A stretch of 64,000 nt of DNA from Tubiluchus corallicola. Taxonomy: Eukaryota; Animalia; Priapulida. The translations under genes and the position numbers were made by a program. Shown here one piece after another: positions 1 through 11,948 of the stretch (positions are counted from its first letter, which is position 1; each line of letters starts with the position of its first letter). The stretch lies in the NCBI GenBank assembly GCA_030141605.1, contig JAQGDQ010000319.1:1-64000 (forward strand), written 5' to 3'. The notes beneath the pieces were generated by a model. The model was not told the origin of the DNA, did not search any database, and worked only from the letters and a program-made list of their open reading frames with translations.

Positions 1-282
1 ATTGCCGGGGTAAAGTTGCGGTGCATGTGCAGTCTCACACTTGCATGCTTATTCATTCACTGATACACACACTAAAAACTATTGGCACAATATTTTCTTC
101 TAACTGTGAGCCAATATCATTTCCTTGAGAATCTTGAAAATGGCCAAGAATAACAACAACAATGCCAACAATAACAACAACAGTGCCAATAATAACAACA
201 ACAATGCCAACAATAACAACAGGCCAACAATAACAACAACAGTGCCAACAATATTATTGTTAGTGTTCCGATCATGAATTAC

Positions 283-381
283 CTGCTGGGGCATTTTCAA
301 TTCGGCTCTTTTCATTGCCAGCTGTCGCAACATCTTTAGTTCATCGTAAGTTTGCTTCGCCTCAATCTCAACGAGATGCGA
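283..381 (-). CDS. VPS13D: VPS13D-like exon lying antisense to the rest of the gene
   Basis: Minus strand tttattttag|99 nt|gtaatt, phase 0/0. Encodes SHLVEIEAKQTYDELKMLRQLAMKRAELKMPQQ, resembling the VPS13D segment (human approx. RIEEEQSFEELKILRELV) that precedes the WFPGWGGWY motif. Confidence 0.65.
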
Positions 382-836
382 CTAAAATAAAGAAATAATT
401 TAATTCTTAAAATTGATGTATCAATAAAACAAGAACAAATATTACAAACGTAAATCATATTAAAACCAAAGAAGTATTACAATAAACTGGTTTAACGTTT
501 ACAGACACCAAATGTCGTTAATTAATGAAATGCAGTTCATATGAATCGTTGAAATGAAATAAAAACTGATTTACCAAACCAATTGCTACAATGATAACTT
601 TACCCCTAAACTTGTTCCCTTTTTCAATAAAATGAGATTATTGAGTAAAAGTGGGTTACAAAAATACAATCTATTCTTGAAATGGCATCACTTGTTAACT
701 AGCTCATCACAAGTAAGTATCTTCTAGGCAAAAACAAAAAGAAAGGCGACATATACCATTTTTTACATACATTATTATTAATAATATTATTATAAAACAA
801 CATAATATTATTATTAAAAACACATTAATATTATTA

Positions 837-1180
<344 letters not shown>

Positions 1181-1450
1181 ATTTCTTGTGAGTGTAGTTG
1201 CTATTAAGATTGTACATTAACTAAAGTCCTATTGCAAAATTCTGAAAAATTGGTATCACTAGAATGTGTTTGAGGAAACAGTGAAATGTTTTTCTATGAG
1301 CTGAGTAATGGGCTACAAAGCAATAGGAAGGATGGAAATATTTATTTGTGCTTTTAATATTTTTCAGTGACTTCATTGACACTTTACATTATAAATTCTG
1401 CACTTTCACTAATAGGCGTGCAAATAACTAAAGCTGTGTTCTTTCTGTAG

Positions 1451-1676
1451 AATCTGTCTCCACCTCCCGCACCGCCCCCGGCTGACAGTACTGGATATCT
1501 GCAAAGCTGGTTCCCGGGCTGGGGTGGCTGGTATACTGCACAAGATACCAGCAGCACTGCTTTGTCTACAACAGACGTTGAACAAGAAACCATCGGTGAC
1601 ACTTTGTTAACTTCGGATGCTAATACCAAGGAACCACCTTTACTGCCTCCAGCTAAGAAGCCAAAAACAGAACTAG
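1451..1676 (+). CDS. VPS13D: VPS13D exon
   Basis: ctgtag|...|gtttgt, 226 nt, phase 0 to 1. Encodes NLSPPPAPPPADSTGYLQSWFPGWGGWYTAQ...; YLQSWFPGWGGWY is a VPS13D motif. Confidence 0.88.
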
Positions 1677-2232
1677 GTTTGTGACTACTGTTTGATTATT
1701 GATTTTTTATCAGTAGGTAGTAGGAAGCTTATGAGTCTTTACTTTACACTCGCTAACAAAAAAGGTTGTCTTAAAATGAGGAGCGTCTCTTTGTATCATA
1801 TAATAGCGGGATTCATCTTTGTACTCTATGAATATTAACTTGGTGTCGGAGTGCAGTGTGCAAAAATTAAGCCATAACTGACGGCAGTGTGTCGGATTCA
1901 GTGTGATTTATTAACTTTGTCCAGTTCAAAATGAGTAAAATTTATTGAGAGATCAGGCTAAATGCTTTTATTTATGTACAGCGTTTCCGATGGAGGAGTA
2001 TGGTGGAGGTAAGAGTGTGTAATCAGATTACTGCGTGGTGTAGAAATTACGCTATATCTGTGTGCCTGCTGTAAATAACTGCACCAAAGAGAGATTAAAA
2101 TGCCATGGCAATTATTATGGTATTAGAATAAATTCCACATGATCAATGGGGACTCTATAAGTTACTACAAACATTACAATGGGTTAGTGCCATGATATGC
2201 CTGTATAAGACAGAATGACAGCTACACTTGAT

Positions 2233-3097
<865 letters not shown>

Positions 3098-4520
3098 TAA
3101 TACTTATGTTCGTGAACTTAGACGCACATCCTAACTCATCATTATGTCCAATTTTTTCTCTGTAGGTCCTGAACTGAATCCATTCAAACATTTAGTAATT
3201 AACCTCTCTGGTACTTAAACATTAAAGAGATAGATATCACGCCTGACTGGTTCACTATACCACATCAATTATCGTACATCCTGTAACAGCTTGTAGTGTG
3301 CTAAAACTTGTTTGTCTCTTACATGTACTCAAGCAAATCAAACAAGTAGCAAGTAGATAACTGTTAAGCGTTTGTTGCTTTTGTAAATAAAAGCCGGATA
3401 CTAAAGTTGGACAAACAAATAAACAAAACAGGATCTATTTCATGAGAAAAATGACTAAATGAAATAATAGTAAAGTACAAGCATGGAAGAAAGACAACAG
3501 TACGCATACTAACTTTTAAGCATGATCAATAATAAGCTTCTTCACAGTTCCAGCGATTGATGATGATCGTGAAAATGTCAAAAGTTTTGATGATGATAAT
3601 GAAAATGTCAAAGGTTTAGTGTACCAGGCATTTGTGTACACTTGACAACGCATCCCTACTGTATTATAATAGTAACAGTTTTAACAGCTAGCTAGAACTT
3701 TACCTAGTTGATTTTTCCTTGTTCCCAAGCAAGATCGTGTTAGTAAATCCCCATATGCAGAGTCTAATGCATAATTAAATAAGTCCTCGTAAAACGCTGA
3801 TGTTACTGCACAGATGCAGCAGACAACTTTGCTTTATGCACACATCATGTGACGGTTGTACTTGAGATGCGTTGCTATGGTACACTTAACCTTTGACCTA
3901 CATCAACCACGCATGTGCAGCGCAGCGCACAATGAAACTATGAAAAGGCTTATTAAGCATTAGCATCGACACAATAATGCACATGTTTTACTTTCCATTC
4001 AAAAATCATCAAACTATTCAAAGATTAAGGACAAGTACAAAGTGATCCAGCGAGTTGACTTCTAGCGTAAAGACTGGTTTTATTTTGAAAGTGTTAAATC
4101 CATAGAAAAACTGGCTTTTTAAAGCAATAGTTCATTCAGCATGAAGTTTCAACCCTGTACACGGAGTACAGAAAGTCGTCTATGCACAACTGTATATATT
4201 ATAGCAGGTAGCAGCTGGCATTATTTGGTTAATCAAAAAATTCAATTGGAAATGTACTGTACTGAATAAACATCTGGTAATTCAAAGTTTTGAATTACTT
4301 GACTCTAATGTTTATTTACCATCTGCACTTATTCGTTTAATCACAGTGTCCTGTCTAGGCTCATTGAAAGCGATTGAAATCCCTCAGCATTTTTGAATGA
4401 TTTTCCTTCTTACTTAGCAACGATTATTCGATCAGTGGTCGCTTGTTGATTCTAGGCAATTTTAACATCCGCAACGACGGCCTTTCTAATCAGGGCCCGG
4501 TTTCGCAAAGCCGTCACTAA

Positions 4521-5081
4521 TTTGTTTTTCACATCCTTCTCTCTCGGAAGACAATGGAATGTGCACCAAGAGTGTCCGATCCTTGAACGTCTCCAAGGCG
4601 CACGCCTGGGCAAGGTGTATGGAGATCCTGAGTTGCCCAGACAACAGGAACTACCTCTCTTCCTCGCTGGTGTAGTCCAAAGGTAGCGGAGATTCTGAGT
4701 TGCCCAGACAACAGGAACCCCCTCTCTTCCTCACTGGTGTAGTCCAAAGGAAAGAGGAGCGATACATTTGGCACCAGGTTGGCAGCAGGAGCTACCGGAG
4801 TCAGTGAGCATGCTGCACTGGTCCGCCTTCGGGGCTCCACTCCTGATTTGGAAGGTTTACTCCTCTACACATGGCTGTTGGGTCACTTGACCTCCTCCGC
4901 CCTCTAGCCGTTGGCTGCTTGTGCAGCTCTTCCGCCTAGTGTCGAGATACAGTGTGGGCATCCCGCAAGCCTACAGCACCTGGTATTCCTAGGCGGTCAC
5001 CCATCCAAACACTAACCAGGCTATACGTTGCTTCGGTGATCAGACGAGAACCGGTATTTTCAACGTGATTTGGCCTTAGTC
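4521..5081 (-). mobile_element. 5S rRNA-headed SINE (SINE3-type) with internal ~67-bp duplication
   Basis: 5S head at 4967-5081, GC-rich body of about 440 bp, short A-rich tail, and direct repeat GTCACTAA at 4513-4520 and 5079-5086. Confidence 0.75.
4967..5081 (-). pseudogene. 5S rRNA-derived sequence (SINE head or 5S pseudogene)
   Basis: Reverse complement matches animal 5S rRNA end to end (...CCGGTTCTCGTCTGATCACCGAAG...GGATGGGTGACCGCCTAGGAATACCAGGTGCTGTAGGCTT). It has a 5-nt deletion, several substitutions and no long oligo-T terminator. Confidence 0.88.
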
Positions 5082-5377
5082 ACTAAGTTAAGGACGTCGC
5101 TATCACATTTACTTAGCCATTAATAACGACGTCGTTAAGTCAGTGTTGGCTTTGTGAAACTGGGCCCAGATACGATCGCATTTCTTTGCTTGTTGCATTT
5201 TATGGGAGTAACTCGGCACGTACAAAAACCCGCAGATGAAAAAGTTCATTTAATTATTATACGGGCATCTGACAGTTTCATTACTGATAGACCTGGCTGT
5301 TACCATCTGATCGTGCAGCATTGCACTTCGCTACCAACGTCATTTGACCAGAAAATGGGAAACTTTACTTTTATTAA

Positions 5378-5760
5378 AGGAAAACAGGATGATTTTTCAC
5401 ATCCTACCCCACTTAGTAGTATGGTAAAAGTTTACGCACTAACACCTATAATAATACCAAAGTGTTTTTGATAATTAAATAATAGGTTAAAAATTTAAAT
5501 AAGGGCCGGCAAGCCCAATTAGTGATGGCATCACAACTGAACATAATTTTCAACAGCACAGCTATTCCATGATCATGTTGCATGTGTTTGCAAAAGAAAA
5601 AATTGAAATACAGTGCTATTGTACAGCCTTCAGTGTGGTCTACAAAAACTTGGTGAATTTTAAGTTTAAATTTCAAATTTCAAGCTTACTGCTGTGCTCA
5701 CTCTTGAGTTTTCGAACGTGTGCACTGTATCACAACTGAACACCTCTGAACTGTGAGAGG
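5378..5760 (+). mobile_element. Dispersed repeat, DNA-transposon end (TTAA-AGG, Kolobok-like)
   Basis: Begins TTAA|AGGAAAACAGGATGATTTTTCACATCCTACCCC. A diverged inverted copy lies at about 40080-40434. Confidence 0.5.
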
Positions 5761-5972
5761 AACACCAACTGTTATTTGTGCAACGAATTTTGTAAGATGC
5801 AGGCGCTACTGCCATCTAATTAGCAAATAACGAAATGCATTTAACAGCGAGAAACTAGTGGAACGAAGCAAAATTACCATTCTGCTGTATAAATTCTTTC
5901 TTGCAAGTCATTCTTGATAAAATAGTATGTTCCCTTTCAATATTTTTACAGGGTAGTTTAAGATTGGGTCCA

Positions 5973-6463
5973 ACCTAGCCACTGGGGGGGGGCAAGCCAG
6001 CCCAACTCCGTGCCGGTCCCAAGCCCGGATAAATAGGGAGGGTTAGGGTCAGGAAGGGCATCCGCCTGTAAAAACTGGGCCAAAACCTTCTATGAAAGAG
6101 GCTGTGAGACTTAAAGGGAAAGTCCACAAAGAAGTGGTCAGACCCGCTCTAATCTATGGGCTGGAAGCAGCTTCTCTAAAGAAGACCGAAGAGAAGAAAA
6201 TGGGTGTGGTGGAGATGAGGATGTTGAGATGAATGGTGGGAATAACAAGAAGACATAAAATTAGAAATAATAATATCAGAGGAACAGTAAAAGTAGTGGA
6301 AGCCTCGCAAGATTGCGATGGTATGGACACCTGAAAAGAAGAGTCGGTGAAGATCTTGTGGGAATTGAAGACATAAATGAAGAGATGGTCAACAACAGGA
6401 ATGCGTGGAGAAGACTTATTCACAACGGCGACCCCGAATAGGGAAAAGCTGGGAAGAAGAAGA
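5973..6463 (+). mobile_element. Non-autonomous RTE-clade retrotransposon derivative (5' UTR joined to 3' ORF end)
   Basis: 18-bp TSD AGTTTAAGATTG(G/T)GTCCA at 5955-5972 and 6464-6481, (GAA)n tail, and degenerate RTE C-terminal coding ([16 protein letters not shown]...EMRMLR*...IRNNNIR...LRWYGHLKRR). Confidence 0.82.
5993..6050 (+). ncRNA. Twister ribozyme-like motif at the RTE 5' end
   Basis: Core GCCGGTCCCAAGCCCGGATAAA...GAGGG matches the P4/L4/pseudoknot core of RTE-associated twister ribozymes. P1 and P2 look imperfect. Confidence 0.6.
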
Positions 6464-6737
6464 AGTTTAAGATTGTGTCCAGTTTTCCTTTAAGGAATAT
6501 AAGGAAGGCAGATTTTTGAAAGATAAATTTTTAATCTGGTCTGACTCTTCCAGATGCTTTTCACTTCTGCTGGAAACATATCAAAGTCCCGATTATTTGA
6601 ATGAAACAGTCTAACAAAAACCACGTGTGAATTAAATGCATAAAATTTGTGACAGTCTATGTTACCATATTGCTGAATTTCATGACTCTTGCATGTACTC
6701 AAGTGAAGAAGACCAAGAAAGCCCTTTCGTTTTCTTT

Positions 6738-8204
6738 TTACACAAACTTTTTGTACGCAAATTCACTAATAAACGTACACAATGCTACACCGATTCCAGA
6801 TATCACAACCCAGAAAACAACGTCAAGTTGCTCCACATTAATTGATAATGTGCCTACTTGTTGCTTGGGCGAGTCTAAACATGTTTTCGATGGCTGCATT
6901 AATTGTTCTAGCAGTTCGTCTACAAGACCACGTTCTTTTAGTGTAAGAAGAGCAAAATTTAGCACTTCTGTATAGTTGCTTTTCTTTGGTACAGCTAATC
7001 CCGATGGTGTCGAAAAAATTGAAGGCAATGCAATGGAAAATCTACATTTTCCACGTAATTCATAATCCTTTATTAAATACAGTTTTGCGTAAATCTCGCT
7101 TTCAAAGCATGTATATTTACCGGTAGATGTCAGCTCTAGTGCCGTTTCTGCATTGTCGGCAGGTACATTGGAATCCACTCTCATTCTCTGCCACAGTTCT
7201 CTGTATTCTGGTCTGTTTTTCATTTGCCTGGTGGAGCTGTACTGACCTATTGTAACTGGGATAATGTCGCTGTCTGTTAACTCTTGCAGTGTACTGAACG
7301 GATAAACTTGCTTGATTACAAATAATTTACTAACCAGAGCGCCTGTGTACATGGCTGTGATGATGCAAGCGAAAATCCACCACCATCCAATTAACATCCT
7401 AGCAGACAAACGCTGTGGTAGGTATGTTCCACCTTGTTGAAGGTATGACGATAATGTGTACCGAGTAAAGTATGCCTTACTTTGTTTCTTTGTCATCGGT
7501 TTTTCCAGTTTTATTTGACAGTTACTGCATTTTCTAATCACTTCATTCTTGTACAGCAAGTTTTCACTATAGTCAATGTAGTAAAGTATCAGCCCTACTG
7601 CTATGCCATATAACACCAGAAGTAACCACACAGGTGTGGAGAATGGGTTTGTTATGCTAAAACTTTGTAATTGGTGTCTTTTTGTGATAAACACGTGAGG
7701 AGTATAAGCAGTTGGGTGAAGAAATGTCATAGTTTTTGTTCTTTCTGGTAACATTGTATTTAAATCCAGTATCAAGTCGAATTCTCCGGTTTCGATTGCG
7801 TTATCCACAGGTGCCAAATTTTTCATGTATTTCACCTTGTATGTGAAGTTTGCCACTTCGCTGAGCATCATAACCAGCTGATCTAGAAATGGCTTCAGGT
7901 ATTCTTCTCTAATCATTCCTACACGCAGCTTTGCTCCATGCAGTGAGTAACTGTGTCTGCTGGAGTTTTTGCCATAAAATGCATAGAAATTATATTCATT
8001 ACTATGAAAACTACCGGCTTTTGCCTCAGCTTGACACAAAGTTCCACTGATGCAAAAACATTCAAGGAAATAAAAAACTATGGCCCACGATTTGAAAAAT
8101 GATGCATTCCTTCGTTGCATTTTTGCTGGTGAAGTTTTTGTATCGAACGTTAAATAATTCATATTACGTAGTCGTGCTGTGCCCTTTGCAGGGAAAATTA
8201 CCAT
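6738..8204 (-). CDS. Compact ionotropic glutamate receptor / IR-like protein, copy 1 (intact; likely true start at 8120)
   Basis: Signal peptide-like segment, S1 (LNTMLPERTKTMTFLHP), M1 (PFSTPVWLLLV), pore loop (SSYLQQG), M3 (WWIFACIITAMYTGALVSKL), S2, M4. Intronless ORF. Confidence 0.9.
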   Translation of the reverse strand: MVIFPAKGTARLRNMNYLTFDTKTSPAKMQRRNASFFKSWAIVFYFLECFCISGTLCQAEAKAGSFHSNEYNFYAFYGKNSSRHSYSLHGAKLRVGMIREEYLKPFLDQLVMMLSEVANFTYKVKYMKNLAPVDNAIETGEFDLILDLNTMLPERTKTMTFLHPTAYTPHVFITKRHQLQSFSITNPFSTPVWLLLVLYGIAVGLILYYIDYSENLLYKNEVIRKCSNCQIKLEKPMTKKQSKAYFTRYTLSSYLQQGGTYLPQRLSARMLIGWWWIFACIITAMYTGALVSKLFVIKQVYPFSTLQELTDSDIIPVTIGQYSSTRQMKNRPEYRELWQRMRVDSNVPADNAETALELTSTGKYTCFESEIYAKLYLIKDYELRGKCRFSIALPSIFSTPSGLAVPKKSNYTEVLNFALLTLKERGLVDELLEQLMQPSKTCLDSPKQQVGTLSINVEQLDVVFWVVISGIGVALCTFISEFAYKKFV

Positions 8205-10523
8205 AGAAACGCTTTGCTGATGGCTCCTTTACAATGACATTGTTTTCTAATCCATTACCTTGTCTGTATTTTCACCTGACATAATGTTCCGCATATTGAC
8301 CAGTAATCTAACATTATTTTGCCACACATTTGTTTTGTTTGCCCCACTTTTGTGCTAGACTATCTATGCCGACTGTGTTAGCTTTAGTAATTGTTCACTG
8401 AGGTGTCGCTTTAATACTGAGTCTAATGGAATCGATTGCCAAATGGATCGAAAAAATCATTCTATGGAATGCGCATACCCCGGCTATTGTCATTGCACGT
8501 TAGTTTTTTAATTAATAAAACTTGTCTATTTCAAAGATGGCTCTCAGTGCTCTGATGCCACTTGTAGTGGGTGTAGTTTTGCTATTTTAGTGGTTTCATT
8601 GTAAGCGTTCTCAGGTTATGGTAGTTCATGGTATTATCAGGTTTTGAAGTTCATATTTTAGATAGCAAATATTGAAAAATTGACTTGGTCTTGTTTCTGA
8701 CTCAGTGATCGTCCATCTAAACCATTTGCTTTTGGTTTATGACCTTTACTTGTCTCAAATTTTATTAAAATTCACCCAAAACATTTTAAGGTATCTTAGG
8801 CACTGGCAGTAGACACTCAGATTGAAATTGTTACTAATTGTTACTGGTGTCAATGAGCAAAAGTTCATTCAACTGTGTGATCAATTGGTGGTCCAATAAG
8901 CCTTTTCACAGTTTTGTTTGTATGCACGCCCAGTTGCTGTAGGTCAATGGTTAAGCGAATAACAGCAATGTGTCTTAGCTACAATTGCCACGTGACATAT
9001 GGGTAAAGCAAAGCTGTCAGCCACATCAATTCAGTAACTTCAGTTGTTTTACGTGGACATTACTTCATTATGCATTAGTAATCTCTGGGTACGGTGACTT
9101 ATTACTGGGATCTTACTTGGGAACAAGAAAAAATGAACTAGGTAAGATTCTAGTTTGCTGTTAAAGTGGTTACTATTACAGCAACATAGGCTGTGAGGTG
9201 TTGTCAAGTGTACACAAATGCATTGTCCAATATACTTAACTGCTGACCTATTCCCGATCATCATCAGTCGCTGAAACTGTGAAAGTCTTATTATGCAGAC
9301 CTCGCTGAATAAATGCTGGCATTTTGTATGTAAGTATATATTGAACTTGTTAAACCACTGCAGCTGGTTTAAAATTGAATGAATTGTAATTACAATAAGG
9401 ATTTTCACTAAATGACATCGCTGTTTAATTTGTGCACAACCTGATTTGCATGATACGCTTACATTTGTGAGATTTTTAAGTAAATTTGCACTAAACTGCA
9501 CACGAAATTGGTTGGTTACACTGCAAAACTCTTTTCAGTTTAGTTATTTTATCGCAGTGCAAAGAAACAAATGTTTATTACGATGACTGATATATTCACA
9601 CAATACATAATCAACAGTAATGTCACCTGATCTGCTATGAGTACATGCCAGCTGTATGACATCTAAGTGTAAAGTGAAACAACAAAACATAGCTAAACAA
9701 TAGAATATGGAATAGAATAGAATAAATATATTTCACAAAGACCAGTCAGTGAATTATTACCACGGCACCCAAACTTAATGCAACGAATCAAAACTGTTTA
9801 GACACAGTACAATAATTATTTGTGAAGGTTGTTTTACGGAATAAGGTGGAGCGAGTGCTTTCTTGTCTTCCTCGTACATGTGGCTACCATAATTGACAAT
9901 GTTAATATGTAACTATAAGTTGGATGTAATTAGAAAGCTTGTGAAGTTTATAATGCAATTACTACTTCACCGTGACCTTGCAGTACCTGAACACTTCGAC
10001 ATTAAATTAAAAAAACTTTGGAAAAACTATTCTTAGAAGATACACTAATTTCTAATTACTATACATATAGAACACGTCTACTGAATATATTATGATTAAT
10101 GATCAAATAGAGTTGTCTAACCAATTTTCTAATTTGCTTAAATTAAATTAGTTTAATTGTTCAATTTTGGATCCACAGTTTTGAAATGATACCGTGCAAA
10201 CGTACAATGAATCCACTAAAATAACACCTATGCGATACCTAATGTAAAATTCAAATTCGAAACTTGTCAGCTACAGTTATAACACACTGTTGAATGTACG
10301 AATTCCTGGTACAAATTTACATATTCATGTATGTATTCATGAATATTCATGTATGTATGTCGGCAGATTAATGTAGGCATTCATAACCATATATTGATAA
10401 GTTAGCGCAGTAACATAACTGTAGTACTGTAAAGTTCAATTCTACATTTTTAGGCCATATACATGTGGATTTTAACTACATTTTGTTGGGTAAATTCATG
10501 TTATTCAAGTAATCTTATTATTT

Positions 10524-11948
10524 TCATGCCTGCATTGAACAAGCATTACAACTTACAACATTACAACTCATAAGTTTCTTGTAAGCAAATTCAACAAAAA
10601 ATGTAAACAGTGCAACACCGATGCCAGATATCAAAACCCAGAAAACAACGTCAAGTTGCTCCACATTAATTGATAATGTGCCTACTTGTTGGTTGGGCGA
10701 ATCTAAACATGTTTTCGATGGCTGCATTAATTGTTCTAGCAGTTTGTCTACAAGGCCATGTTCTTTTAGTGTAAGAAGAGCAAAATTTAGCACTTCTGTA
10801 TAGTTGCTTTTCTTTGGTACAGCTAATGCTGATGATGTCGAAAAAAGTGAAGGCAAGGCAATGGAAAATCTGCATTTTCCACGTAATTCATAATCCTTTA
10901 TTAAATACAGTTTTGCGTAAATCTCACTTTCAAAGCATGTGTATTTACCAGTAGATGTCAGCTCTAATGCCGTTTCTGCATTGTCGGCAGGTACATTGGA
11001 ATCCACTCTCATTCTCTGCCACAGTTCTCTGTATTCTGGTCTGTTTTTCATTTGCCTGGTGGAGCCGTACTGACCTATTGTAACTGGGGTTATGTCGCTG
11101 TTTATTAACTCTTGCAATGTATTGAACGGATAAACTTGCTTGCTTACAAATAGTTTACTAACCAGAGCGCCTGTGTACATGGCTGTGATGATGCAAGCGA
11201 AAATCCACCACCATCCAATTAGCATCCTAGCAGATAAAAGCTGTGGTAGGTATGTTCCACCTTGTTGAAGGTATGACGATAATGTGTACCGAGTAAAGTA
11301 TGGCTTACTTTTGTTCTTTGTCATCGGTTTTTCCAGTTTTCTTTGACAGTTACTGCATTTTCTAACCACTTCCTCCTTGTACAGCAAGTTTTCATTATAG
11401 TCAATGTAGTAAAGTATCAGCCCTACAGCTATGCCATAGAACACCAGAAGCAACCAAACGAGTGTGGAGAATGGGTCTGTTATACCGAAACCTTGTAATT
11501 GATGTCTTTTTGTGATAAACACGTGAGAATCATAAGCAATTGGATGAAGAAATGTCATAGTTTTTGTTCTTTCTGGTAACACTTTGATTAATGTTAGTAT
11601 CAAGTCGAATTCTCCGGTTTCGACTGCATTATCCACAGGTATCAAATTTTTTATGTATGTCACCTTGTATGTGAAGTTTGCCGCTTCGCTGAGCATCATA
11701 ACCAGCTGATCTAGAAATGGCTTCGGAGTATCTTCTCTCCACATTCCCACTCGCAGCTTTGCTCCATGAAGGGAGTAACTGTGTCTGCTGGAGTTTTTGC
11801 CATGAAATGCATAGAAATTGTATTCATTACTGTGAAAACTACCGGCTTTTGCCTCGGTTTGACACAAAGTTCCACTGATGCAAAAACATTCAAGGAAATA
11901 AAAAATTATGACCCACGATTTGGAAAATAATGCAGGCCTTCGTTGCAT
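10524..11948 (-). CDS. iGluR/IR-like protein, copy 2 (intact)
   Basis: 474-aa ORF paralogous to copy 1 with the same S1-M1-P-M3-S2-M4 layout. Confidence 0.9.
   Translation of the reverse strand: MQRRPALFSKSWVIIFYFLECFCISGTLCQTEAKAGSFHSNEYNFYAFHGKNSSRHSYSLHGAKLRVGMWREDTPKPFLDQLVMMLSEAANFTYKVTYIKNLIPVDNAVETGEFDLILTLIKVLPERTKTMTFLHPIAYDSHVFITKRHQLQGFGITDPFSTLVWLLLVFYGIAVGLILYYIDYNENLLYKEEVVRKCSNCQRKLEKPMTKNKSKPYFTRYTLSSYLQQGGTYLPQLLSARMLIGWWWIFACIITAMYTGALVSKLFVSKQVYPFNTLQELINSDITPVTIGQYGSTRQMKNRPEYRELWQRMRVDSNVPADNAETALELTSTGKYTCFESEIYAKLYLIKDYELRGKCRFSIALPSLFSTSSALAVPKKSNYTEVLNFALLTLKEHGLVDKLLEQLMQPSKTCLDSPNQQVGTLSINVEQLDVVFWVLISGIGVALFTFFVEFAYKKLMSCNVVSCNACSMQA

Larger units (their letters stand above)
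4494..5166. mobile_element. Short palindromic MITE (PIF/Harbinger-like), split by a SINE insertion
   Basis: Inverted termini GGCCCGGTTTCGCAAAGCC (4494) and GGCTTTGTGAAACTGGGCC (ending 5166), with CAG on both sides. Removing the SINE restores a near-perfect palindrome of about 105 bp. Confidence 0.7.

Noticed and set aside
4967-5081. Functional 5S rRNA gene
   Set aside because: Single copy with an internal 5-nt deletion and no proper terminator, fused to a body flanked by direct repeats.
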